Origin: an uncultured Candidatus Saccharibacteria bacterium
Lineage (GTDB): Bacteria > Patescibacteriota > Minisyncoccia > JACQLN01
Assembly (NCBI GenBank): GCA_964365305.1
Contig: CAYIPG010000002.1
Location: 1-59,247, forward strand
Direction of reading: 5' to 3'
DNA length: 59,247 nucleotides
This document shows, one piece after another, positions 1 to 8,327 of the stretch. Made by a program: the position numbers and the translations under genes. Positions within the stretch are counted from its first letter, which is position 1; each line of letters begins with the position of its first letter. The notes below the pieces were generated by a model, which saw only the letters and a list, made by a program, of their open reading frames with translations, did no database searches and was not told the origin of the DNA.

Positions 1-174
1 ACAGCGAAGTTCCCCGCAATGTGGCCGAGGAAATAATTTCGGGTAGAAGAAAATAATCTTCGTTGAATATGGCTGTTTTGCTCGCCAAGGGGGAAGATTC
101 TCTAACCCCCTCTATTTCAAAAAGTTATGAGTCCCCCTTGAGTTCGCAAAACAGCTATATTGCAACTTAAGAAA

Positions 175-1098
175 ATGACAATAAAAGAGAATTTTTCTCT
201 AGCTTCTTTTAGTGGTTATAAAACCGGCGGGCCGGCCGATTTTTTTATTTCCGCTTCCAACTTAGACGAAATTAAATCGGCGGCGGCTTGGGCCAAAGAA
301 CATAATCAGCAAATTTTTATTTTGGGCGGCGGCACCAATATTCTTTTTTCCGACGAGGGATATCGGGGATTGGTTATCAAAATTGATGATAAGAATTTTT
401 GGTTTGAAAACAATAAGTTATACGCCGGCGCCGGCGCTATGATGCCGGATTTGGTTGAGTCAAGCATCAAAAAATGTCGGGGCGGTTTGGAATGGGCAGG
501 TGGTTTGCCGGGCACGCTGGGCGGGGCCATTCGAGGTAATGCAGGTTGTTTTGGTGGAGAAATAAAAGATAATGTTGAATCAGTCACAGTTGTAGATTAC
601 GCCGGCAAGCTGGTAAAGTTTAATAATCAAGATTGCCGATTTAGTTATCGTCATAGCCGGTTTAAAGTTGAACCGTGGATTGTGGTTGAAGCAATTTTAA
701 ATTTAAAAAGTGATCAAGATAAAGAAAAACTGACGCGAATTTCTCAAGACCATATCAACTATCGCTGCGAACGCCAGCCCTTGGAGTATCCCAACTGCGG
801 CAGTGTGTTTAAAAATTTTCCGGTGGCCAAAGCGCCGGCGCAAGTTATTGAACAATTTAAGGCGCTTATAAAAACCGATCCCTTTCCGGTTATTCCCACT
901 GCGGCTTTGATAGATCAAGCTGGTTTAAAAGGCCACACCATCGGCGGCGCGCAGGTTTCGGAAAAACATCCCAATTTTATTATCAATCTCGGTTCCGCTA
1001 CCAGCGCTGATATTTTTTCTCTGCGGAATTTCGTGGTGGATGAGGTCAAAAAAAAATTCGGTGTTAACCTAGAAACCGAAGTAGAGTTTTTGATTTAA
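175..1098 (+). CDS. murB: UDP-N-acetylenolpyruvoylglucosamine reductase
   Basis: Track ORF 160-1098. MurB-like motifs GGGTNILFSDEGYRGLVIKI and RFSYRHSRFK. ATG at 175 preferred over TTG at 160. Confidence 0.88.
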   Translation: MTIKENFSLASFSGYKTGGPADFFISASNLDEIKSAAAWAKEHNQQIFILGGGTNILFSDEGYRGLVIKIDDKNFWFENNKLYAGAGAMMPDLVESSIKKCRGGLEWAGGLPGTLGGAIRGNAGCFGGEIKDNVESVTVVDYAGKLVKFNNQDCRFSYRHSRFKVEPWIVVEAILNLKSDQDKEKLTRISQDHINYRCERQPLEYPNCGSVFKNFPVAKAPAQVIEQFKALIKTDPFPVIPTAALIDQAGLKGHTIGGAQVSEKHPNFIINLGSATSADIFSLRNFVVDEVKKKFGVNLETEVEFLI

Positions 1099-1297
1099 TT
1101 TGATTTAACATATTTCCATTCCATTTTCCAATTACAATTTACAATGTCATTTTTAGGCGATAGCATAAATGTGACATTGTGGTTTTGAATAATTTAAATA
1201 GAGTGAATAGAGATAGAGATGGTCTAACCTCTCTAATCTGACCTTAAATACACTGAGATAACGATGGATTTCTTGAATGGCAGAAAAAAAGAATGAC

Positions 1298-1984
1298 TTA
1301 ATCCTGCGCCAGAGTGAAAGAAATAACTTTGGCGGCGCCCGATGTCTTAAGGACTCGGGCGCATTCTTTTAAGGTGGCGCCGGTGGTGGCGACATCATCC
1401 ACCAATAAAATGGTCTTACCTTTAATCAAATCGGGCTTAGCGCACGAAAAGATATTTTGAATATTCTTTTCCCGCTCGGCCCGTTTTTTAATTTCGGCCT
1501 GCGGCCGGCGGTGGACTTTTCTTATCAAAACATTATTGGCAATTTCTTTTTGGGTTATGGCCGCGATTTTTTGGGTGATTAAATAACTTTGGTTAAAACC
1601 GCGCTCTTTTAATTTTCTGGAGTGCAACGGTATCGGCGCGATCACATCAAAATTCAGTTTTTTTAGAGCTAGCCGTTCTTTTTCCAGAACAACGGCAAAA
1701 ATTTCGGAAATTTCTTTAACCAAGCCGTATTTGAAAGCGTGAATTAATTTTTGGGCCAGAATGTCTTTTTGATAATCAAACAAATGATAGGTCTCGTTTA
1801 TTTCGGGCAGGAGCGAACTTTTGACCCAACGGCTGGTCAAAAATTTATGACAGTTAAAACACAGCCATCGGACACTGGCCGGTTCCTCGGGGGTTTCTTT
1901 TTTGCAATTGATGCAAAAAGAAGGCAAGAATAGTTTAGTGAGAAATTTAGTAAATACAATAGTATTTTGTGATTGTATACTCAT
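1298..1984 (-). CDS. comF: ComF family protein (phosphoribosyltransferase domain with N-terminal zinc finger)
   Basis: PRTase motif ILLVDDVATTGATL near the C-terminus. N-terminal CINC...CFNC cysteine pairs. Confidence 0.85.
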   Translation of the reverse strand: MSIQSQNTIVFTKFLTKLFLPSFCINCKKETPEEPASVRWLCFNCHKFLTSRWVKSSLLPEINETYHLFDYQKDILAQKLIHAFKYGLVKEISEIFAVVLEKERLALKKLNFDVIAPIPLHSRKLKERGFNQSYLITQKIAAITQKEIANNVLIRKVHRRPQAEIKKRAEREKNIQNIFSCAKPDLIKGKTILLVDDVATTGATLKECARVLKTSGAAKVISFTLAQD

Positions 1985-2096
1985 GGTATTGCAGAGTGTT
2001 TAAGTATTAATTTAATCATATAGCCAACCAATATAGTATCAAAGTTGTCTTAATGGGTGGGGATAACTATCCACCCTGAATTTTGCCGCCAAAGCG

Positions 2097-2105
2097 TGAT
2101 ATAAT
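2097..2105 (+). promoter_or_regulatory. extended -10 (TGATATAAT) upstream of pilM
   Basis: Sequence match only. Confidence 0.4.
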
Positions 2106-2125
2106 TAATTCAAAACAATTAAATT

Positions 2126-3271
2126 ATGTGGCCATTTAGTCGTAAAGTTCGGCGTCAGCTTGGCATTGATATTGGCACTTCTTCCATAAAAGTTGTTGAA
2201 CTGGAGCGCGGCAACGGCGGTTTGAGTTTGGCTAATTATGGTTTTATAGACGGTCTGGATTTTTTTGGAGATGTTCCAACCAGCCCTAATAGCCCGTCTT
2301 CGTTTAAGGTTTCCGAAAACGAAGTGGCGATAGTTTTAAAACAGCTTTTCAGTTCCGCCAAAATCAAAACCAAAAATGCCGTTATATCCGTTCCCATTTT
2401 TTCCAGTTTTTTAACCGTGATGGAACTGCCCGCCCTAAGCCAAAAAGAATTGGAAAGCGCCGTGCCTTTTGAAGCCCGATCCTATATTCCCGTACCGCTT
2501 TCAGAAGTTGTTTTGGATTGGATGATTATACCCGCCGCGTCCAACGCGGTTTCATCTCAATCACCAAATCCTAATACCGTTATCGCTTCTCTAACACCCA
2601 ACCCGGTTTCAATTTCGGTTCCTGCGGCTGGTTCCAAGGTTCATATTCTTTTAATAGCTGTGCCGAAAGAAGTTGTTTCTAAATACCAAAGAATTGCCGC
2701 CGCGGCCGGTTTAGCTATAACTGGTTTGGAGACGGAGAGTTTCAGTTTAGCGCGATCGCTGGTGGGCAATGATTTGGGCACAATCATGCTGATTGATTTG
2801 GGCGCGCGCAGCACCAATTTAACTATCGTGGACCGTGGTTATATTTACATGAGCCACAGCGCCGATCTTTCCGGCAGAGAAATAACCAAAGTAATCTCGC
2901 ATGGTCTAGGCGTGGCCGCGGCTCGAGCGGAAGAACTTAAAAAGGTCTCGGGTGTGGCGGCCACCGGGGTTGAAAAGGGTTTAACCCAAGTAATTTCTCC
3001 GATAATAGATAAACTGGTGGTGGAGGTGGAACGGATGAATAATGCTTTTTTTAAAAAAGAAAACCGCCGCGTGGAAAAAATGATTTTAAGCGGCGGTTCG
3101 GCAAATTTGCCGGGAATGAATGAATACTTGAGCCGGCATATCGGTTTGGAGACCATAACCGGCAACCCGTTTAGCAGAATTAAGTTTGAGCCGATTTTAG
3201 AACCGGTTTTAAGAAGAGATCTTTCGCCTAATTTGGCTGTGGCCGCGGGGTTGGCGATGAGGGAGCTTTAA
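2126..3271 (+). CDS. pilM: type IV pilus assembly protein PilM (actin-like ATPase)
   Basis: N-terminus GIDIGTSSIKVVELE and actin-fold length. First gene of a pilMNO-like row. Confidence 0.85.
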   Translation: MWPFSRKVRRQLGIDIGTSSIKVVELERGNGGLSLANYGFIDGLDFFGDVPTSPNSPSSFKVSENEVAIVLKQLFSSAKIKTKNAVISVPIFSSFLTVMELPALSQKELESAVPFEARSYIPVPLSEVVLDWMIIPAASNAVSSQSPNPNTVIASLTPNPVSISVPAAGSKVHILLIAVPKEVVSKYQRIAAAAGLAITGLETESFSLARSLVGNDLGTIMLIDLGARSTNLTIVDRGYIYMSHSADLSGREITKVISHGLGVAAARAEELKKVSGVAATGVEKGLTQVISPIIDKLVVEVERMNNAFFKKENRRVEKMILSGGSANLPGMNEYLSRHIGLETITGNPFSRIKFEPILEPVLRRDLSPNLAVAAGLAMREL

Positions 3272-3370
3272 CACGATGCCAATATACGAATTTATACGAA
3301 TGATACTAATACAAATGCGAATGTTTTATTTGTATAATTCGCATGTCATTCGTTGATTAGCATCGCGTCT
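3272..3370 (+). repeat. TACGAAT-family junction cassette, copy 1 (pilM stop to pilN start)
   Basis: CACGATGCCAATATACGAAT...TTTGTATAATTCGCATGTCATTCGTTGATTAGCATCGC. Nested inverted repeats. Confidence 0.9.
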
Positions 3371-3928
3371 ATGGACAATATTTCACTTATACCAAAAAAA
3401 GATAAAGGGCTGCCCAGTTTTTCCACTTTTCAAAAGCCCAAATTGGAGTTTAACGCTTTAACCAAAGCCGGCATTGTTTTGTTAGCGCTTACTTTGATTG
3501 TTTGGGGCGGTTTGTATTTATGGCAAATTAATCTTAATAAACAGATTCAAACATACTCCCAAGAAAAACAGCAGCTGACGGGACAGAGAAATTTGGAGTT
3601 AGAAAACAAACTCAATAATCTGGGAGTTCTTTTGGAGGTTTTTAACGGCATATTAACTAATCACCGGCGCTGGTCTAAGTTTTTTATCTTATTGCAACAA
3701 AAAACGGTAAGTTCAATTATTTTTAAGACCTTTAAGGGTGATGATAAAACGGCCAGCATTGTTTTAGAGGGTAGTTCGGCTAGTTACGGCGCTTTGGCTC
3801 AACAGATAAAGGTCTTGGAAAATACGGCGGGCGTGGCCGGTGTCGCGGCCAGTGATATTGGTTTATCCGAAGAAGGTCGCGTCAAGTTTAATATCAAATT
3901 AAATTTCACTTCTGATTTAATTAAATGA
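3371..3928 (+). CDS. pilN: PilN-like pilus assembly protein
   Basis: ISLIPKK (INLLP-like) motif, one TM segment, coiled coil. ATG 3371 follows the junction cassette; the track start 3353 lies inside the repeat. Confidence 0.7.
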   Translation: MDNISLIPKKDKGLPSFSTFQKPKLEFNALTKAGIVLLALTLIVWGGLYLWQINLNKQIQTYSQEKQQLTGQRNLELENKLNNLGVLLEVFNGILTNHRRWSKFFILLQQKTVSSIIFKTFKGDDKTASIVLEGSSASYGALAQQIKVLENTAGVAGVAASDIGLSEEGRVKFNIKLNFTSDLIK

Positions 3929-4521
3929 ACAGTCGCTTGATTTTAAATTTATCTATTTTTTTACTGCTGGTTTTTGTGATTCTGGTTGGAGTCAAGCCGG
4001 CTTTCTCGTCGGTCTCAAATTTAAGGGGTGAGGCGGCTTTAAGAAAAGACGAAGTCGAAAAAGAGAGGCAGGTTCTGGAAAAAATAAAATCATTAAGCGG
4101 CGCGGTGGATTCCCGCCAAAGCGAAGTTAAGCGGCTGGAAGCGGCCATTCCCAATTCGGAATCAAAGCCGGAGCTGATTTCTATAATGGAAAATTTGGCT
4201 AGCCAGAATGGTTTGGGTTTGATTGCCATAAGCGCCGAGTTGCTGCCCGATGATCCCAAATCGCGTAAAGAAAGGGTAGAAAATATACTGCAAGGCGCGG
4301 TGCTTAAAACACTAAAGTTGGATCTCAAACTCACTGGAAGTTATGAGGCCTTTAAAAGTTGGCTGGACGCCGTGGAAAATAATTTAAGGATTTTTGATAT
4401 TCAGAATATTTCTTTTTCGGTTAAAGAAAATAGCGGTTCTCAAAATCAGACTGAGGTCTTAAAAATAAATCCGGTTATGGAATACGCTGTGGTAGTGAAC
4501 ACTTATCTGATCAAAAAATAA
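3925..4521 (+). CDS. PilO-like pilus assembly protein
   Basis: N-terminal TM plus coiled coil. 4-nt overlap with the pilN-like gene. The call rests mainly on position. Confidence 0.55.
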   Translation: MNSRLILNLSIFLLLVFVILVGVKPAFSSVSNLRGEAALRKDEVEKERQVLEKIKSLSGAVDSRQSEVKRLEAAIPNSESKPELISIMENLASQNGLGLIAISAELLPDDPKSRKERVENILQGAVLKTLKLDLKLTGSYEAFKSWLDAVENNLRIFDIQNISFSVKENSGSQNQTEVLKINPVMEYAVVVNTYLIKK

Positions 4522-4533
4522 AACATAATTAGA

Positions 4534-4836
4534 ATGGCTGTTGTAATAACACAGGAAATAAAGAAAAAAAGAACGATGCTGGCCTTGGCTGGAATTTTAC
4601 TGGTGGTTACGGCGGTTATTCTTTATGTTGGCCTTAAAAAAACACCGCCGATCGAGGAAACCGTGTCTGCGCCGGCTGGGGTAGCCGGGGCGCCGGAAGA
4701 AATTGCTCCAGCGCCGGAAGTGGGTGATCTTAATATAGGTATTTTGGAAGACACGCGCTTTAAAAAACTTCAGGAGTCGCCGGGCTTGCCGGTGGCGACC
4801 AGCACTACAGGGAAATCAAATCCGTTCTCGGAATAA
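4534..4836 (+). CDS. small membrane protein of the pilus assembly row (function unknown)
   Basis: One TM segment, then a Pro/Ala-rich linker. Tightly packed between the pilO-like gene and pilB. Confidence 0.55.
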   Translation: MAVVITQEIKKKRTMLALAGILLVVTAVILYVGLKKTPPIEETVSAPAGVAGAPEEIAPAPEVGDLNIGILEDTRFKKLQESPGLPVATSTTGKSNPFSE

Positions 4837-4936
4837 CACGATGCCAATATACTAATTTATGCGAATGATACTAATAAAAGATTCAAATGTCTTATTTGTA
4901 TAATTCGCATGTCATTCGTTGATTAGCATCGCATAC
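4837..4936 (+). repeat. TACGAAT-family junction cassette, copy 2
   Basis: Same termini and 3' half as copy 1. Spans stop 4836 to ATG 4937. Confidence 0.9.
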
Positions 4937-6661
4937 ATGGATCTGCTAACCTATCTAATCCAAAACGGTCTTATAAAAGAAAATCAAATCCGGGATATTC
5001 CACCGGAAATTTTAAGCAACCCCAATGATTTAGAGAATGAACTTGTCAAACGCAACTTGATAAGCCCAGACGATATTCTACAAGCCAAAAGCGTTTTTTC
5101 TGGAGTGCCTTATTTGGATTTAACTTCAAAGGCAATAGAAAATAGCGTGCTTCAGGAAATACCCGAGAAGGCCGCTTTGCATTATCGCTTTATACCTATA
5201 GAAAAAAATGGCAATGAATTGACGGTGGGCATGGTTAACCCGGAGGATGTGGAAGCGCGCGAGGCCTTAAAATTTATCTCCTTAAAGGGCAATTTCACTT
5301 CCAAAATTTATCTTATATCCGAAGCCGACTTTAAAAATGTGTCGGCCCAATATCGCACCTTAGGCAAAGAAGTTACTACGGCTTTGGAACAACTGGAAGA
5401 AGAATTGGCCGGCGAAGATAAATCGGGGATCTCGGTCGGAGCGGAAAAAGTGGAGCAGATTGCCGTTGAGGCGCCTATCACCAAAGTCGTTTCAGTTATT
5501 TTAAGGCACGCAGTGGAAGGGCGGGCCTCGGATATTCATATTGAGCCCTTAGAAAACGAGACCCGTGTGAGATTTCGTTTGGACGGGGTGTTGTATTCTT
5601 CCATTATTCTGCCTAGTTCCATTCATAATTCTATAATTGCCCGGATAAAGGTTTTAGCTAGTTTAAAAATAGATGAGACCAGAATGCCTCAGGATGGCCG
5701 GTTTCACACCAAAATAAACAACAAAAAAATTGATTTTCGGGTGTCGTCTTTGCCTACGGCTTACGGCGAGAAAATAGTCATGCGGGTTTTAGACCCGACG
5801 GTGGGCGTGGGCACTTTTGGCGATCTTGGTTTTATCGGTCGAAATCTGGAGGTGTATGAACGGAGCATCAAACAACCCTACGGCATTGTTTTGATAACCG
5901 GTCCCACGGGTTCGGGCAAGTCCACCACTTTATACACCACGCTTAACTCGCTTAACAAAGACGGCGTTAATATCATCACTTTGGAGGATCCGGTGGAATA
6001 TTACATCGCCGGGGTTAATCAATCACAGATAAAACCGGAAATTGGCTATACTTTCGCTTCGGGTTTAAGAAGTATTTTAAGGCAAGATCCCAACATTATT
6101 ATGGTGGGTGAAATCAGAGATAAAGAAACGGCCGGTTTAGCCATGCACGCCGCTTTAACCGGACATTTGGTTTTATCCACCTTGCACACCAACAACGCCT
6201 TGGGAATAATTCCGCGATTGGCGGATATGGGTGTGGATGCTTTTTTAATTCCTTCAACCCTGATAGCCGGTCTGGCCCAACGATTGATTAAAAAACTTTG
6301 CCAAAACTGCAAAACCCCCACCGAAACAGCCCCCGCTCTGGCTAAGATTATAGAAGAGTCGCTGGCTAGCGTTCCCCCCGCCGAATTGGAAAAATACAAA
6401 ATCAAAAAGCCCTTCCAACTTTTTAAATCCCCGGGCTGTGATCAATGCGGCCACAAAGGCACCAAAGGTCGGCTGGCTATTTATGAGATATTTGAAATGA
6501 CTCCTGATTTGGAAAAAATAATTTTGGAATCAATGTCCGAAGTTAAAATTGCGGCCGAGGTTAAAAAACAGGGGATGATAACTATGAAACAGGATGGTAT
6601 AATGAAAGCGTTGCTCGGCTTGTTGCCCATAGAGGAGGTCTTGAGGGTGGTGGAGGAGTAG
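4937..6661 (+). CDS. pilB: type IV pilus assembly ATPase PilB (GspE family)
   Basis: Walker A GPTGSGKST, GspE boxes, C-terminal CQNC...CDQC tetracysteine. ATG 4937 lies directly after the cassette. Confidence 0.92.
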   Translation: MDLLTYLIQNGLIKENQIRDIPPEILSNPNDLENELVKRNLISPDDILQAKSVFSGVPYLDLTSKAIENSVLQEIPEKAALHYRFIPIEKNGNELTVGMVNPEDVEAREALKFISLKGNFTSKIYLISEADFKNVSAQYRTLGKEVTTALEQLEEELAGEDKSGISVGAEKVEQIAVEAPITKVVSVILRHAVEGRASDIHIEPLENETRVRFRLDGVLYSSIILPSSIHNSIIARIKVLASLKIDETRMPQDGRFHTKINNKKIDFRVSSLPTAYGEKIVMRVLDPTVGVGTFGDLGFIGRNLEVYERSIKQPYGIVLITGPTGSGKSTTLYTTLNSLNKDGVNIITLEDPVEYYIAGVNQSQIKPEIGYTFASGLRSILRQDPNIIMVGEIRDKETAGLAMHAALTGHLVLSTLHTNNALGIIPRLADMGVDAFLIPSTLIAGLAQRLIKKLCQNCKTPTETAPALAKIIEESLASVPPAELEKYKIKKPFQLFKSPGCDQCGHKGTKGRLAIYEIFEMTPDLEKIILESMSEVKIAAEVKKQGMITMKQDGIMKALLGLLPIEEVLRVVEE

Positions 6662-6663
6662 GT

Positions 6664-6731
6664 ATTAGGATGTTAGGAATTAGGAGATTAGGTTCTTGCT
6701 AAAATCCTAATGTTCTACCTAACGGCCTAAT
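6664..6731. repeat. TTAGG/CCTAA word-repeat hairpin element (pilB to receiver gene)
   Basis: ATTAGGATGTTAGGAATTAGGAGATTAGG ... CCTAATGTTCTACCTAACGGCCTAAT. Confidence 0.85.
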
Positions 6732-6742
6732 TACTATATTAA

Positions 6743-7117
6743 ATGGCAAACACACATAAAATACTTTTGGTTGAAGATGATCCTTTCTTGTTGGATATGT
6801 ATTCCACCAAGTTTAAGGAGGTGGGTTTTAATATCGTGGTGGCCCAGGACGGCGAGATGGGTTTGGTTAAGGCCAAAGAAGAACTGCCCGATCTTATTTT
6901 ATTGGATATTGTTTTGCCCAAGAAAGACGGTTTTGAGGTCTTGAAAATTCTAAAGTCCGATAGCCAAACCGCCAAAATTCCGGTGATTCTATTAACCAAT
7001 TTGGGTTTGGACAGCGATGTTAAGCGCGGTTTGGAACTGGGCGCCCAGAGTTACATTATTAAAGCCCATTTTACGCCCACCGAAGTGGTGGCGAAGGTGA
7101 AAGAAATTTTGAAATAG
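6743..7117 (+). CDS. stand-alone response regulator receiver (CheY-like)
   Basis: ILLVEDD, LILLDIVLP (phospho-acceptor Asp) and conserved Lys in IIKAHF. 124 aa with no output domain. Confidence 0.9.
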   Translation: MANTHKILLVEDDPFLLDMYSTKFKEVGFNIVVAQDGEMGLVKAKEELPDLILLDIVLPKKDGFEVLKILKSDSQTAKIPVILLTNLGLDSDVKRGLELGAQSYIIKAHFTPTEVVAKVKEILK

Positions 7118-7122
7118 AACCT

Positions 7123-7155
7123 ATAAGACCAATGGGTCCTATCGGTCTTATTTTT
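7123..7155 (+). terminator. hairpin plus U-run between the receiver gene and pilT (terminator/attenuator-like)
   Basis: ATAAGACC-13 nt-GGTCTTAT followed by TTTT. An alternative inner hairpin GACC-AATG-GGTC is possible. Confidence 0.5.
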
Positions 7156-8226
7156 ATGGAGAATTATCAGCGAGAAATTGAGGACTTATTGGCTTTAGCC
7201 GCCGAACAAGGGGCTTCGGATTTGCATATCGCGCCGGGCCGTCATCCGACTTTAAGAATAGACGGCGAACTAATCCAATTGGTCCAAAGACCTATGGTGA
7301 CTCCTGAAAGTTCCCAGGGCTTATGCTTGGCTTTGATGGATGCCGAAAAACAGGCCAAATTTCAAAAAGAAAAAGAAATTGATTTCGCATTTGGTTTTAG
7401 GGATAAAGTCAGATTTAGAACCAATGTTTATATTCAAAAGGGTTATATCTCGGCGGCTTTGCGGTTGATATCCTATAATATCAGGACCTTGGAAGAGTTA
7501 AAATTGCCACAGGTAATTCGTGAGCTTACTCGCCCCAGCCAGGGTTTTGTGCTGGTGACTGGGCCGACCGGTCATGGCAAATCAACCACCTTGGCGGCTA
7601 TGGTGGATGAAATTAATCACTCTCGGGGAGATCATATTATCACCATTGAGGATCCGATTGAATATGTTTTTACGCCCGATAAAGCCATGGTGGAGCAGCG
7701 CGAAGTGGGTACGGACACTTTGAGTTTTCGCCGGGCTTTAAGGTCGGTTTTCAGGCAAGATGCCGATGTGGTGATGTTGGGAGAAATGCGCGACCGCGAG
7801 ACCATCTCCACCGCCGTGACCGCGGCTGAAACAGGGCATTTGATTTTTGCCACGCTCCACACCAACTCCGCGGCGCAGTCAGTCAACCGCATCATTGACA
7901 GTTTTCCTTCGGAACAACAGTCGCAGATTCGTTTTCAATTAGCCGGCACTTTGTTGGGTATTGTTTCACAACGGCTAATACCTCGCGTGGATGGCGGTTT
8001 GACGCCGGCGGTGGAGGTCTTGGTGGCCAATTATGCCGTGCGCAATCTTATTCGCGAAAATAAAGTTCATCAATTGGACTTAGTTATTGAGACCAGCACC
8101 GATAAGGGTATGATTTCGCTTAACAAATCGTTGTCCGAACTGGTGCGACAAGGGCAAATATCGTTAGAGAACGCCGAGACCTATTCGCTTAATCCATCAG
8201 AGTTGGCCAGTATGCTTTCCCGTTAG
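7156..8226 (+). CDS. pilT: twitching motility ATPase PilT
   Basis: Walker A GPTGHGKSTT and PilT-like length. The track start 7132 sits in the loop of a hairpin, so ATG 7156 is preferred. Confidence 0.9.
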   Translation: MENYQREIEDLLALAAEQGASDLHIAPGRHPTLRIDGELIQLVQRPMVTPESSQGLCLALMDAEKQAKFQKEKEIDFAFGFRDKVRFRTNVYIQKGYISAALRLISYNIRTLEELKLPQVIRELTRPSQGFVLVTGPTGHGKSTTLAAMVDEINHSRGDHIITIEDPIEYVFTPDKAMVEQREVGTDTLSFRRALRSVFRQDADVVMLGEMRDRETISTAVTAAETGHLIFATLHTNSAAQSVNRIIDSFPSEQQSQIRFQLAGTLLGIVSQRLIPRVDGGLTPAVEVLVANYAVRNLIRENKVHQLDLVIETSTDKGMISLNKSLSELVRQGQISLENAETYSLNPSELASMLSR

Positions 8227-8327
8227 AACACGATGCCAATATACGAATTTGTACGAATGATACTAATTAAAATTCGAATAACCTATTCGTATAATTCGCA
8301 TGCATTTGTAGATTAGCATCGCATATT
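8227..8327 (+). repeat. TACGAAT-family junction cassette, copy 3
   Basis: Spans pilT stop to pilC ATG. CGTATAAT variant. Confidence 0.9.

Noticed and set aside
1-56. Open frame from the window edge to TAA at 54-56 (...SEVPRNVAEEIISGRRK)
   Set aside because: Only 17 codons are visible, which is too short to identify or even to be sure it is coding.
3353-3370. N-terminal extensions MISIAS / MISIAY on the pilN-like and pilB ORFs (track starts 3353 and 4919)
   Set aside because: Both come from TTG inside the conserved cassette end (TTGATTAGCATCGC). Their identical peptide is a by-product of the repeat, and the ATGs at 3371 and 4937 start the real, family-typical N-termini.
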